Assembly (NCBI GenBank): GCA_036679605.1
Contig: JAZDCZ010000243.1
Location: 32,001 to 96,000 of the forward strand
Source: Gemmatimonadota bacterium
GTDB lineage: Bacteria > Gemmatimonadota > Gemmatimonadetes > Gemmatimonadales > GWC2-71-9
Length of the DNA stretch: 64,000 bases
Direction of reading: 5' to 3'
Part shown: piece by piece, positions 47,152 to 56,434 of the stretch
Numbering within the stretch: position 1 is the stretch's first letter
How the letters are laid out: each line of letters begins with the position of its first letter
Program-made: the position numbers and the translations under genes
Notes under the pieces: generated by a model
The model's input: the letters and a program-made list of their open reading frames with translations, nothing else
What the model was told of the DNA's origin: nothing
Databases searched by the model: none

Positions 47152-48269
47152 AACCCAGACACTGGCTGCTAGCCATGATTCTTATTTGTGGCACCATAGC
47201 GGTGGTGTTCTTACCGCCTACTGGCGGGTGGCAGCAGCTCGAGCGTGGTCGGCGCCACCTGGCGTTTCTGGGAGGTGAGGTAGTGCGTGGTCACGAGGAA
47301 CTCCGCGCATTGGAGCAACGGGATTCACTGATGGCGACTCTCTCATCGACCCGCCCCAGCAATTCGGGGAGTTATTTTCTGGTAGATGATGGGTTGCCGG
47401 ATGCCGAGCAGAAATTGTTGGTTGGCGGCGTGTCAGAACTCTTGCCCGAGTCAAAGGGCGCTCGCTCAACGTCGCGTTACGTGCTGGCGGTGATAGTCGA
47501 TTCCGTCGAGACGGTAGGGCCGCGGGAGGGAAGGGAGCGCTGGCGGTCAGACATTGTGTACTTTTTACCGGAGGGAACCGACTCGCGCTCTTGTCTCAGC
47601 GTCTTGCGGATAGGAACACTTGACATGGCGAATTTCGAACGGGGCCTGGCTAACTACCCCTTTGCTAGACCTGCCCTACTGGGGCCATGCGCGTACTATG
47701 CGGCTTTCGGAAAACCGGGACGCGAGGTTGGGGCATGGCTTTCGAGGGATAGATACGCGATCGCGCAGCTACCCGAGTGGACACTCGGTCGTCGCGTTCG
47801 CCACGTTGGGGCGTCTCAACCCAGTTATTATTATTGGCGTGTGCGAGATTACTACCGTAGAATGGCATGTGCTGCCGGTCACCGCAGTTGTGACGATCTC
47901 ATCGGCTCATGGAAAGCCTTGAGGACTACGTCGCCGATTTATTCAGGGCTGAACTCTTACCGTGGAAACGGGGTCAACCATTCTTTAGGCGGACAGGCAG
48001 GTTACTTCCTTTCGGACCTGCTGCTGGACATAGGCCGAGAAAAGTTCGGCCGGTTTTGGTCATCAGATTTACCAGTTGAGCAGGCGTTCTCTGAGGCGGT
48101 GGGAAAGTCGCTCGACGACTGGACGAGAGCTTGGGTTGTGCGAACATATCCAAAGTCAAGACGGTACGGTCCGAGCCTGCCACTGGGGACCTACGTGACG
48201 TCGTTGCTTCTTGCGAGTGTGTGCGTAGTTGGTATCTGCCTGTTTGCCGGGCGGCGTTCCGTTAGCTGA
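47142..48269 (+). CDS. Hypothetical membrane protein (N- and C-terminal TM)
   Basis: Overlaps the previous stop; Cys pairs; L..IG.EKF.RFW.S...VEQAF....G.SLD.W...W. Confidence 0.7.
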   Translation: MALKPRHWLLAMILICGTIAVVFLPPTGGWQQLERGRRHLAFLGGEVVRGHEELRALEQRDSLMATLSSTRPSNSGSYFLVDDGLPDAEQKLLVGGVSELLPESKGARSTSRYVLAVIVDSVETVGPREGRERWRSDIVYFLPEGTDSRSCLSVLRIGTLDMANFERGLANYPFARPALLGPCAYYAAFGKPGREVGAWLSRDRYAIAQLPEWTLGRRVRHVGASQPSYYYWRVRDYYRRMACAAGHRSCDDLIGSWKALRTTSPIYSGLNSYRGNGVNHSLGGQAGYFLSDLLLDIGREKFGRFWSSDLPVEQAFSEAVGKSLDDWTRAWVVRTYPKSRRYGPSLPLGTYVTSLLLASVCVVGICLFAGRRSVS

Positions 48270-48294
48270 AGCTTCAATTCGGGCCTGACCGCGT

Positions 48295-50010
48295 TCACTT
48301 CTCGTAACGCTTGCGCAACGATTCTATAGCGGCTGCAATCTCATCGCCGGCATTACTGACACCACCCTTGAGGGTTCGTTCCAGCATGGCGCGCAGGCTC
48401 TGAACTTCGCTTAGGCAGTTTCTCATCAGCCCTTCCGTCCTCTCCCGCTCTGTAGCCAAATGGCTAATGGCCTGCTGGTCTGGTGAGGCCCCTGTGCCGC
48501 CTCGCGTTTTGGACTGAATTGCTTTGTGTCGCTCCGCCGATTCGGCGTCGATGTGCGTGATACGTGTGACGAGAGAACTCATGTGTGCTAACATCTCATC
48601 CACCGCTGGAAGTACAGCGTCTACAAAACGGCGCTCGATACGCGGGACTCGACTCAGTAGCCGCACTATTTCTGCTCGCTCGGCCCTGGCGCTCTGGAGA
48701 GCAACGTTGCCCGGTGTACGCAAGTGGCGGTCGCCACCCTTGGTGTGCCGAGGGAACGGGGTGCCAGGCGTAGCTGCGGCATCGATACCTGCCACGTCGC
48801 GCCAAGAATAGCCTGCCATCCAGAGCTTTGAATACTGCGAAGCCACTACGATGGTCAATACCGCAGTGACAATGGGGGCATAGTCGAGTGCACCATTCGT
48901 GGCGAGGTCTAGCGCAAAGAATCCTGCATTAACGAGCAAGAAAACCAAGAGCGTTATTCGGAACTTCCAGATTGGGTTAGATGCTTCAGGAGTGGCAACA
49001 GAGATGTTAGGGCTTTCTGTGACACTAGTCCCTTCAAGCTGTCTCCGTAGCTCTGCCGCTGATGCAATACGCTGGCTGGGATCCTTGATGAGACATCGCG
49101 CGATGGTATCGGCAAGGTCGTTCGGGCAGTCGGGGCGGAACTCGATTACAAGGGGTGGTTCTTCGGTTATGTGTCCAACGATCAACGCCTGCGGGGTGGA
49201 ACCCGTGAAGGGAGGCTTTCCCGCGATCATCTGAAATGCCACAACCCCCAGCGAGTAGAGATCCGACTTATGGTCTATTTCTCTCTCCCCGCTGGCCTGT
49301 TCGGGACTCATGTACATCGGCGTTCCCACGATCATCCCGGTACCGGTGAGTCCAACGTCTTTGGAAGCCAGCGCCTTTGCGATCCCGAAGTCCATCAGTA
49401 GAACGTTGCGGTCCTTACCGTCCAGCATGATGTTCTCCGGCTTGATGTCACGGTGCACGATTCCGTTCGCGTGTGCAGTGTCGAGTGCATCGGCCGCTTG
49501 AATGAGAATCCTGCGGGCTTCGTCGACGGCGAGTCTGCCCTCGCGGAGCAGCAGATCCTTTAAGCTCTCTCCCTCGACGAGCGGCATGATCATGTAGGCC
49601 AGACCCTCGCCCTCACCCACTGCATAGATCAGGATGATGTTGGCGTGCCGTAGCTTTGCCACGGCCTGGGCCTCACGCATGAAGCGTTCGATCAGCGTTA
49701 CCGTTGGAAAGAGATCGTAGCGTAGGGCTTTGACGGCCACGTCTCGCTCGAGCTTCGAGTCATGGGCCTTGTACACCGAGCCAAAGCCGCCGTGGCCGAG
49801 TAGCCCCTGCAATTGGAATCCCCCACCCAAAGCGCGCTCGAGCCGGCGGCGGTACTCTTCTTCGCTGGCGTTCGGTGATCTTGGTGCTCGCACCTCACCG
49901 GTTTCCCGAACCATCTCCGTCGGCGTGGCCTCGCCGCACGCCGGACAAAACATGTCGGATGCCCTGATGGGTTTTTCGCAAGTCGGGCAGGCTCGATCCG
50001 GATCGGTCAT
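48295..50010 (-). CDS. Ser/Thr protein kinase with N-terminal zinc ribbon, two TM helices and C-terminal coiled coil
   Basis: CPTC...CPACG; GHGGFGSVY, VAVK, HRDIKPEN, DFG, GTPMYMSPE. Start placed at MTDPD; the upstream extension in the track is a shadow of the opposite-strand gene. Confidence 0.9.
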   Translation of the reverse strand: MTDPDRACPTCEKPIRASDMFCPACGEATPTEMVRETGEVRAPRSPNASEEEYRRRLERALGGGFQLQGLLGHGGFGSVYKAHDSKLERDVAVKALRYDLFPTVTLIERFMREAQAVAKLRHANIILIYAVGEGEGLAYMIMPLVEGESLKDLLLREGRLAVDEARRILIQAADALDTAHANGIVHRDIKPENIMLDGKDRNVLLMDFGIAKALASKDVGLTGTGMIVGTPMYMSPEQASGEREIDHKSDLYSLGVVAFQMIAGKPPFTGSTPQALIVGHITEEPPLVIEFRPDCPNDLADTIARCLIKDPSQRIASAAELRRQLEGTSVTESPNISVATPEASNPIWKFRITLLVFLLVNAGFFALDLATNGALDYAPIVTAVLTIVVASQYSKLWMAGYSWRDVAGIDAAATPGTPFPRHTKGGDRHLRTPGNVALQSARAERAEIVRLLSRVPRIERRFVDAVLPAVDEMLAHMSSLVTRITHIDAESAERHKAIQSKTRGGTGASPDQQAISHLATERERTEGLMRNCLSEVQSLRAMLERTLKGGVSNAGDEIAAAIESLRKRYEK

Positions 50011-50125
50011 CGATGCTCTCTGTGGGTCAATATCGAGGAAGTTGCTCTTATGTATGGTGCTCGTCAAATGGATGGTCGGGTGCATTTGCAAAGCACACCT
50101 CCAAGGGCTTCCGCGGTCCGCCCTT

Positions 50126-50149
50126 AACATTATGGCGCCGGTCGTCGTA
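50126..50149 (+). promoter_or_regulatory. Possible ECF-sigma promoter
   Basis: AAC-N17-CGTA immediately before the receptor start codons. Confidence 0.35.
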
Positions 50150-50152
50150 TAA

Positions 50153-53100
50153 ATGGATATGAGAGTGTGTAGCAGGATAGTCTTGCCGCTTGCTGTGGCG
50201 CTGGCAATGGCGGTGTTCCCGGCGCAGGCCGATGGCCAGGTAGGCGGCACCACGGACATCCTTACCGGCGTTGTCGTCAGCGCCGATGGCATTCCGCTTG
50301 CCGGCGTGTTGGTCGAGGCGTTCTCGCTTGAGACCGAAATCAGCAGAACCACCAGAACGGACCGCCGCGGCCGGTATTCGATCCTATTCCCGGACGGCGG
50401 CGGGCAGTATCGCATGAGCGCTAGGGCGGTCGGGATGGCACCGCAAACCGTTGTGTTGGCTCGGTTCGCGGACGAGGACCGCATTGTCTGGGATGTCGAA
50501 CTTGCGGAACTGGGCTTCGGTTTGGATACTGTCACGATTCGAGGGACTCGGCGGCCGGTGGTAGTTCGCGACCGGCCCACTCCTGGTTCGATTGAACGCA
50601 ATCTCTCGACCGATCTTATCGCCGGTCTGCCGATAGACCCGGAAGATCTCAATGTGCTAGCGACCTTGGTGCCCGGTGTCGTGGGAATCGATGCCACCGA
50701 TAGCACCGGAGCTTCCTTCTCTGTGGCCGGCCAACGGCCTGACGCCAACAGCATTACGCTCGATGGCTTGAGTTTCAATTCGGGACAAGTACCCCAAGAG
50801 GGCCTGCGCAATACGCGGGTCGTTACGAGCACATACGACGTGTCGCGCGGAAGATTCAGCGGTGGTCTCATATCGTCGACCTCGCGGGGCGGATCGAACC
50901 GCGCTCAAGGGTCTTTCAGCTACAACTTGCGGGATGATGCACTGGCTGTCGAAACGGGAGAAACCTCCGCCTTCACATCCGCGTTCACGCAGCAGCAGTT
51001 CGGCGGCGGGTTCGGCGGTCCGCTCGTACGAAACAGATTGTTCGCATACGTCTCGGCGTCGGCTAGGCTACGAACCGATCCGCAGGCATCCCTCGCAGCA
51101 GCCACGAGCACGGACCTACAACGACTCGGTGTCTCACCCGATTCGGTCGGTCGGTTCATGTCTATTGTCGATGGCTTGGGTGTGCCTTCCGATGGAAACT
51201 TACACGAAGACCGATCTAACGATTTCGTTTCCACGCTGCTGCGTTTGGACTACCTGATCTCCAACAATCACACGCTCACGTTGCGGGGCGATTACCGCAG
51301 CCAGAGCCAAGAGCCCTCACGACTGTCGGCTTTCGCGCTTCCGCAGACCGGTGGCGACAACGAATCGACCGGCGGCGGCCTCATGGCAAGCCTCTCGTCG
51401 CGCCTAGGTCTTCACTTCATCAACCAAGTGCGTGCGTATGTATCCATGTCCAGTCGAAGTAGTGATCCGTTTACGTACGGTCCGCAAGGGCAGGTGCAAG
51501 TAGGTTCGCAACTCGAAGATGGTACAGTGGGGATAAGGACCTTGTCCTTCGGTGGCAATACGAGGATGCCGGTGAGCGCGAGTAACAAGTCAGTAGAGAT
51601 GACGAACGAACTATCATGGCTTCCCGGTACTGGAACACATAGAGTTAGGTTGGGCGGACTTTTTGGTTGGGAGCAGGCAGACAACATTAATTCCCGTAAT
51701 CAGTTTGGAATCTTCAGCTTCAACTCGCTGGATGAATTGGAGACCGGTACTGCCGCCTTGTTCAGAAGGACTTTGGCTCCGGATGAAAGATCGAGTCAGG
51801 CAATCGACTATGCGATCTACGCCGGGGACGTGTGGCGGGCGTCGCGGGCGGTCCAGTTGACATACGGACTTCGACTTGAGGGCTCGACGTTCCGCAATCC
51901 GCCGGCGTTCAATCCGGCGTTGGACTCGGCACTTGGAATTCGCACCGATCGACTGCCTTCCGAAGTCGATCTCAGCCCCAGAGTGGGTTTCACCTGGACG
52001 ATCGGAGGTACGAGCTTCAGATCGCCGCCAGACCTAATCGTGCGCGGCGGAGTGGGCAGGTTTCGCAGTCCGATCTCATTGAATCTCGTATCTCAGACTC
52101 AGACGGCCACGGGGCTTTCCGACTCGGAAGCGGAGCTGAACTGTGTCGGTGCGGCGATTCCAACTCCTGACTGGAACGCCTACGATGCCGACGGAAACTC
52201 CATTCCCACCACCTGCAATGGACCGAGCACGCCGAGGTCAGTTAGAGCACCGAGCGCCACCGTGTTCGAGAATTCTTTCAGGGCTGCAAAGAGCTGGAGG
52301 GGGTCACTTGGGATCCAGCGCAACCTGACGTCGCTGTTGCGGCTTTCGGTGAATGCGAGTTACGCCAGGGGTGTGAGCCAATACGGATTCCGGGATCTCA
52401 ACCTCAATACGAATGCCGGATTTCAACTCCCGTCCGAACAGGGCAGACCCGTATTCGTCGATCCGGCTTTGGTCGTGCCGTCTACGGGAGCGGTACGTCT
52501 CAGCGATTCGCGGATCAACACGGAGTTTTCACAAGTGCTGGACATTGGTTCGGACCTGGAATCTGAAACCAAGCAACTGTCGGTGTCGTTGGGCGGCATC
52601 ACGCGAACCGGGATCGTCGTTCAAACATCGTACACGTGGTCGAACGTGCGCGATCAATCGTCTCAATCCGTACGATTCGGGAGCGGTAGTTTGGGTGGGG
52701 CGACGACCGGGGGGAACCCCAATGTGAGAGAGTGGAGCCGCAGCTCGTTCGAGCGGAAGCATTCGTTCCTGACCACCATTAGTTATCCATTTGGTACGAA
52801 CCTGGAGGTGACGGCCATCGGCCGGCTTAGTTCGGGCAGGCCGTATACTCCGATGGTTGCGACGGACATAAACGGAGACGGATCCCGCAACGACAGGGCG
52901 TTCATCCCGCTTTCAGGGATGTCACCGGGTATCGCACGGCTACTCGAAAGTTCCTCGGCTGGTGGAAAGAACTGTTTGCGGAGTCAGCAGGGGCAAATTG
53001 CCGCTCGCAACAGCTGTACGGGGCCATGGGAAGCGTCATTCGATCTCCAGATGAATTACAGACCCAACTTCTTGGGAATGAACCGGAACGTGTCGTTCTC

Positions 53101-53830
53101 GCTCACTACGCTCAATCTGTTGCGAGGAATCGACGAGCTGATCCACGGCACTGACGGTGCGCACGGTTGGGGTCTGAGAGCGAGACCGGATCAAACCCTG
53201 CTATTCGTGGAAGCGTTCGATCCTAGCACCAATGAGTTCGTCTACAGGGTGAATGAGAGATTTGGTGCGACCGACCAACGCGCCAACGCATTCCGTACGC
53301 CGTTTCAGGTCGGCATTCAGGTACGTGCATCGTTTGGTCCCAACCGTGGACGAGCTGCTCTCGACAGGTTGCGGGGTGGTGGTGGGGGTAGGGGAGCAGG
53401 TGGTCGTGGCGGTGGCCGGGGCGGCGCCGGCGGTTTTCGAGGTGGCGGCGGTGGTTTCACAGCCGATGATTTCCTCGATCGATTCCAGGCTTTGCTCGTT
53501 AACCCGGCCGGAGTCGCCCTGGAGCTAAGTGACTCGCTGAAGTTGACTGCGTCCCAAGTCATCCGCCTGACCGCACTGCGTGATTCGCTCACGAGCCAGA
53601 ACGACAGCTTGGCCGAGGTACTGCAGTCCGAACTGGAAGGGGCCGGGGGCAATGAGAATCCACGCGGCTTGATCCAATTGATTAGGCCGCGAATGCAGGA
53701 AGCTCAAGAGAATGCGAGAGCCAGCCTGGATAAACTCCGCGACGTTCTAACCAAAGAGCAGTGGGAGCTTCTTCCTAAGTCACTAAAGGAGGCAGGTGAC
53801 GCCCGCCAAGGCCGACGTGGCGCGGGTTAG
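50153..53830 (+). CDS. Oar-like TonB-dependent receptor (carboxypeptidase-regulatory-like N-domain) with C-terminal extension
   Basis: Signal peptide; G.V....G.PL.GV.V; LDG; GRFSGG...SRGG.N; GGGFGGP..RNRLF; SPRVGFTW; DINGDG..ND; barrel end FQVGIQVRASF. Confidence 0.85.
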   Translation: MDMRVCSRIVLPLAVALAMAVFPAQADGQVGGTTDILTGVVVSADGIPLAGVLVEAFSLETEISRTTRTDRRGRYSILFPDGGGQYRMSARAVGMAPQTVVLARFADEDRIVWDVELAELGFGLDTVTIRGTRRPVVVRDRPTPGSIERNLSTDLIAGLPIDPEDLNVLATLVPGVVGIDATDSTGASFSVAGQRPDANSITLDGLSFNSGQVPQEGLRNTRVVTSTYDVSRGRFSGGLISSTSRGGSNRAQGSFSYNLRDDALAVETGETSAFTSAFTQQQFGGGFGGPLVRNRLFAYVSASARLRTDPQASLAAATSTDLQRLGVSPDSVGRFMSIVDGLGVPSDGNLHEDRSNDFVSTLLRLDYLISNNHTLTLRGDYRSQSQEPSRLSAFALPQTGGDNESTGGGLMASLSSRLGLHFINQVRAYVSMSSRSSDPFTYGPQGQVQVGSQLEDGTVGIRTLSFGGNTRMPVSASNKSVEMTNELSWLPGTGTHRVRLGGLFGWEQADNINSRNQFGIFSFNSLDELETGTAALFRRTLAPDERSSQAIDYAIYAGDVWRASRAVQLTYGLRLEGSTFRNPPAFNPALDSALGIRTDRLPSEVDLSPRVGFTWTIGGTSFRSPPDLIVRGGVGRFRSPISLNLVSQTQTATGLSDSEAELNCVGAAIPTPDWNAYDADGNSIPTTCNGPSTPRSVRAPSATVFENSFRAAKSWRGSLGIQRNLTSLLRLSVNASYARGVSQYGFRDLNLNTNAGFQLPSEQGRPVFVDPALVVPSTGAVRLSDSRINTEFSQVLDIGSDLESETKQLSVSLGGITRTGIVVQTSYTWSNVRDQSSQSVRFGSGSLGGATTGGNPNVREWSRSSFERKHSFLTTISYPFGTNLEVTAIGRLSSGRPYTPMVATDINGDGSRNDRAFIPLSGMSPGIARLLESSSAGGKNCLRSQQGQIAARNSCTGPWEASFDLQMNYRPNFLGMNRNVSFSLTTLNLLRGIDELIHGTDGAHGWGLRARPDQTLLFVEAFDPSTNEFVYRVNERFGATDQRANAFRTPFQVGIQVRASFGPNRGRAALDRLRGGGGGRGAGGRGGGRGGAGGFRGGGGGFTADDFLDRFQALLVNPAGVALELSDSLKLTASQVIRLTALRDSLTSQNDSLAEVLQSELEGAGGNENPRGLIQLIRPRMQEAQENARASLDKLRDVLTKEQWELLPKSLKEAGDARQGRRGAG

Positions 53831-53844
53831 ATCTGCACAACCCC

Positions 53845-56277
53845 CTATTCGACCTGTAGTGCCACCACTGGATCGATCTTAGTTGCCCGGCGGGCCGGTA
53901 GGTAGCAGGCGACGAGCCCCACCAGAGCCAAGATGCCGCTGACCCCAAGAATGGGCGTCAGGTCAATCGACCTCGCAAAGGTGAGCCCATTGGAGCTACC
54001 TGCTGCCATGATCTTGCCGATCGCTCCGACGACCAGCACAGCACCCGGAACACCCATCAATAGTCCCACCCCTGCCAGTGTAATACCCTGGCTGGCCACT
54101 TTGGCCAGGACCTGTCTGGGACTGGCACCGAGCGCCATGCGGATACCCAGCTCATTGGTGCGTTGTGAGACAGAATATGACATTACGCCGTAGATGCCGA
54201 CGGCGGCAAGTCCCAAGGCGAGTAACCCGACTATTACCAAAATCGCAGCCATGAAATTTGGCCCTGCCAGCATCGATTTGAAGTGTTCCTCCATGGTTGT
54301 CACCGACGTAATAGGTTGATCGGAATCGATTTCCCAAACGGCTTCTTGTACGGGTGCAGCGAGCACATGCGGGTCACCGTTGGCACGAATCGCCATAAAG
54401 ATTCGCTGGACAGGTCGCTGCGCGATGGGGAAGTAAACCACACTCAAGGTGGGCTGTAGTCCGGAGAGCCGCTGCAGAGCGATGTTGTTCGTGACGCCGA
54501 CTATTTCTCGCGAGGTCTCTTGGATGGTGATTCGCTCACCTACCGGGCTATTTCCTTCGAAAAACTGATCGACCATGCGCTGATTGACGATCACCACCGG
54601 CGGCGCATCTGCACGATCGGCGTTAGAAAAACTTCGTCCGCTGCGCAGCGAGATACCCATCGTGTTGAAGTAATTCAAGTCGACTGAGAGCCAAGCCGTG
54701 TTCGGCTTGCTGTCCTCGTCGATCAGACGGCCGTCAATCGCAAACTCTGTCGATGGCACGCCTCGGCTGCGAGGAAGGGTGCTCATCAGTGCGAGCCCCG
54801 AAGAACCCGATACGTTACTGATTTTTCTGTGCAGCTCCTCAGTAAACGCAATCTTCGATGCATCGTCTTCGTATTTGTGTTCGGGGAGAGTGAGTTCGAC
54901 GGTCAGTAGGTTCGTCACATCGAACCCAGGATCGATGTCCAATCGCTGATGGAACAGGTCGGTCAACACCGCGGCTCCAATCAAGATCGTTAGCGCCAAA
55001 GCAAATTCTACCATTACAAAGGCATTTCTGACTCGTCTCTTTCCCTTGGTCGCGGTCCCACCGCGACTCGTCTCGACAAGGGCAGATCGTAATTTGCCAC
55101 CTACCGCTTGTACGGCTGGCGTAATGCCGAACGTCAGTCCGGCGAGCAAGGAGACACCCATGCTGAATGCCACAACCGTGCTATCGAACTGCGGCATGAA
55201 GATGCCCGGAATTTCGGACGGAAGGGCTCGTACGAGAGAGGCGACTCCCCACATCGATAACACCGTGCCAAGTGCGCCGGCCATCAGGGCGAGCACTATG
55301 CTCTCCGTCATGAGCTGCCGTACCAACCGGCCCTTACCTGCGCCCAGAGCAACTCGAACCGCAATCTCCTTGTGTCGAGCGTCGGTTTTGGCCATTAGTA
55401 AGCCGGCAACGTTGACGCATGCGATCACAAGAACCAGAGATACAACCGCCATCAGTAGTTGGATCAATGCTCTATCTGTTGTGCCGGGAAACGCTTCGCG
55501 GAGCGTCTCAATGTTCACTCCATAGTTGGTGTTCGTCTCAGGGTAGAGCTCCTTCAGGCGCGACGCTACGGCAGTCATTTCGGATTGAGCTTGAGACGGA
55601 ACTATGCCTGGCTTGAGTCGTGCGGTCACGACGAGTGTGTGATCGGTCCGGTCGTCCCGTCGGTTCTCGAAGTCAGTCGCCTGCCACAGGTTGACCGATC
55701 CCACCAAGAAGTCGAACGTCTCCGGCATGACACCCACTACCGTGACAGAGCTGCCGTCGAGAGTGAGGATCGTGTTCAAGATATCCGATCTCGCACCGAA
55801 CCGATTTCTCCACAGTGTTTCACTGAGCACTGCGACCGGCGCGTCCTCGTCCCCCCCTTCGCTCTCGAGAAAGGTTCGTCCAAGAATCGGACTTGCCCCA
55901 AGCAGGCTGAAGAAATTCGGGGTGACGTCAGCAACCGTAAGCTGTTCAGGTCGATCGACGCTTGTAAGATTGGCAGTAGTGAAATCGGCCGCGATAAGTG
56001 CGTCGAAGGAAGTCGATTGCTGCTTCCAGTCAAGGAAATTTGCCGGCGTTACAGCCTCGAAGTCGCTTGCTTCTGAGAGTTCGTTCTCCCAGACCATCAC
56101 CATCCTGTCTGCCTCCGGATACGGCAATGGCCTGAGGAGCCATGAGTTCAAGATGCTGAAGATCGTCGTGTTAGCTGCCACCCCAATTGCAAGCGATACG
56201 ATCGCGATTCCCGTCACTACCGGCGTCTTAACGATCATGCGGAAAGCATAGAGCACGTCCCTAAGTAGCGTGTTCAT
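53845..56277 (-). CDS. Duplicated MacB/FtsX-type ABC permease (ADOP family)
   Basis: RDV.YA.R...K.P..T...LAIG..AN.TIFS..N..LLRPLPY; IAC.NVA.L; E.AVR.ALGA.R.RL.RQL.TES; QRT.E.GIRMALGA; PARRA..IDP..AL..E. Confidence 0.92.
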   Translation of the reverse strand: MNTLLRDVLYAFRMIVKTPVVTGIAIVSLAIGVAANTTIFSILNSWLLRPLPYPEADRMVMVWENELSEASDFEAVTPANFLDWKQQSTSFDALIAADFTTANLTSVDRPEQLTVADVTPNFFSLLGASPILGRTFLESEGGDEDAPVAVLSETLWRNRFGARSDILNTILTLDGSSVTVVGVMPETFDFLVGSVNLWQATDFENRRDDRTDHTLVVTARLKPGIVPSQAQSEMTAVASRLKELYPETNTNYGVNIETLREAFPGTTDRALIQLLMAVVSLVLVIACVNVAGLLMAKTDARHKEIAVRVALGAGKGRLVRQLMTESIVLALMAGALGTVLSMWGVASLVRALPSEIPGIFMPQFDSTVVAFSMGVSLLAGLTFGITPAVQAVGGKLRSALVETSRGGTATKGKRRVRNAFVMVEFALALTILIGAAVLTDLFHQRLDIDPGFDVTNLLTVELTLPEHKYEDDASKIAFTEELHRKISNVSGSSGLALMSTLPRSRGVPSTEFAIDGRLIDEDSKPNTAWLSVDLNYFNTMGISLRSGRSFSNADRADAPPVVIVNQRMVDQFFEGNSPVGERITIQETSREIVGVTNNIALQRLSGLQPTLSVVYFPIAQRPVQRIFMAIRANGDPHVLAAPVQEAVWEIDSDQPITSVTTMEEHFKSMLAGPNFMAAILVIVGLLALGLAAVGIYGVMSYSVSQRTNELGIRMALGASPRQVLAKVASQGITLAGVGLLMGVPGAVLVVGAIGKIMAAGSSNGLTFARSIDLTPILGVSGILALVGLVACYLPARRATKIDPVVALQVE

Positions 56278-56352
56278 GGGTTCCGGCTTTCTCCTATTTC
56301 CCGCTAGTTAGTGTGTTCTTGTGGGCGGGATCCTTCCTTGTGCGGCATATCC

Positions 56353-56379
56353 TACGAGGGAGTAGTGGGAGGGGTTTCA
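56353..56379 (-). promoter_or_regulatory. ECF-sigma (SigW-like) promoter for the ADOP permease
   Basis: Minus strand TGAAAC-N17-CGTA, ~75 nt upstream of the ATG. Confidence 0.55.
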
Positions 56380-56434
56380 GATCAGCTGAGTGCGGGATTC
56401 AGCAGTACGTCAGTTGTGCGGAATAGCTGGGCGT

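Noticed and set aside
50011..50871. 287-aa N-terminal extension of the kinase ORF in the track
   Set aside because: Antisense shadow of the TonB-like receptor; the protein plausibly begins at the zinc ribbon (MTDPD).
53370..53456. G-rich GGT/GGC tract as a DNA repeat or G-quadruplex element
   Set aside because: Fully explained by Gly/Arg codons of the linker.
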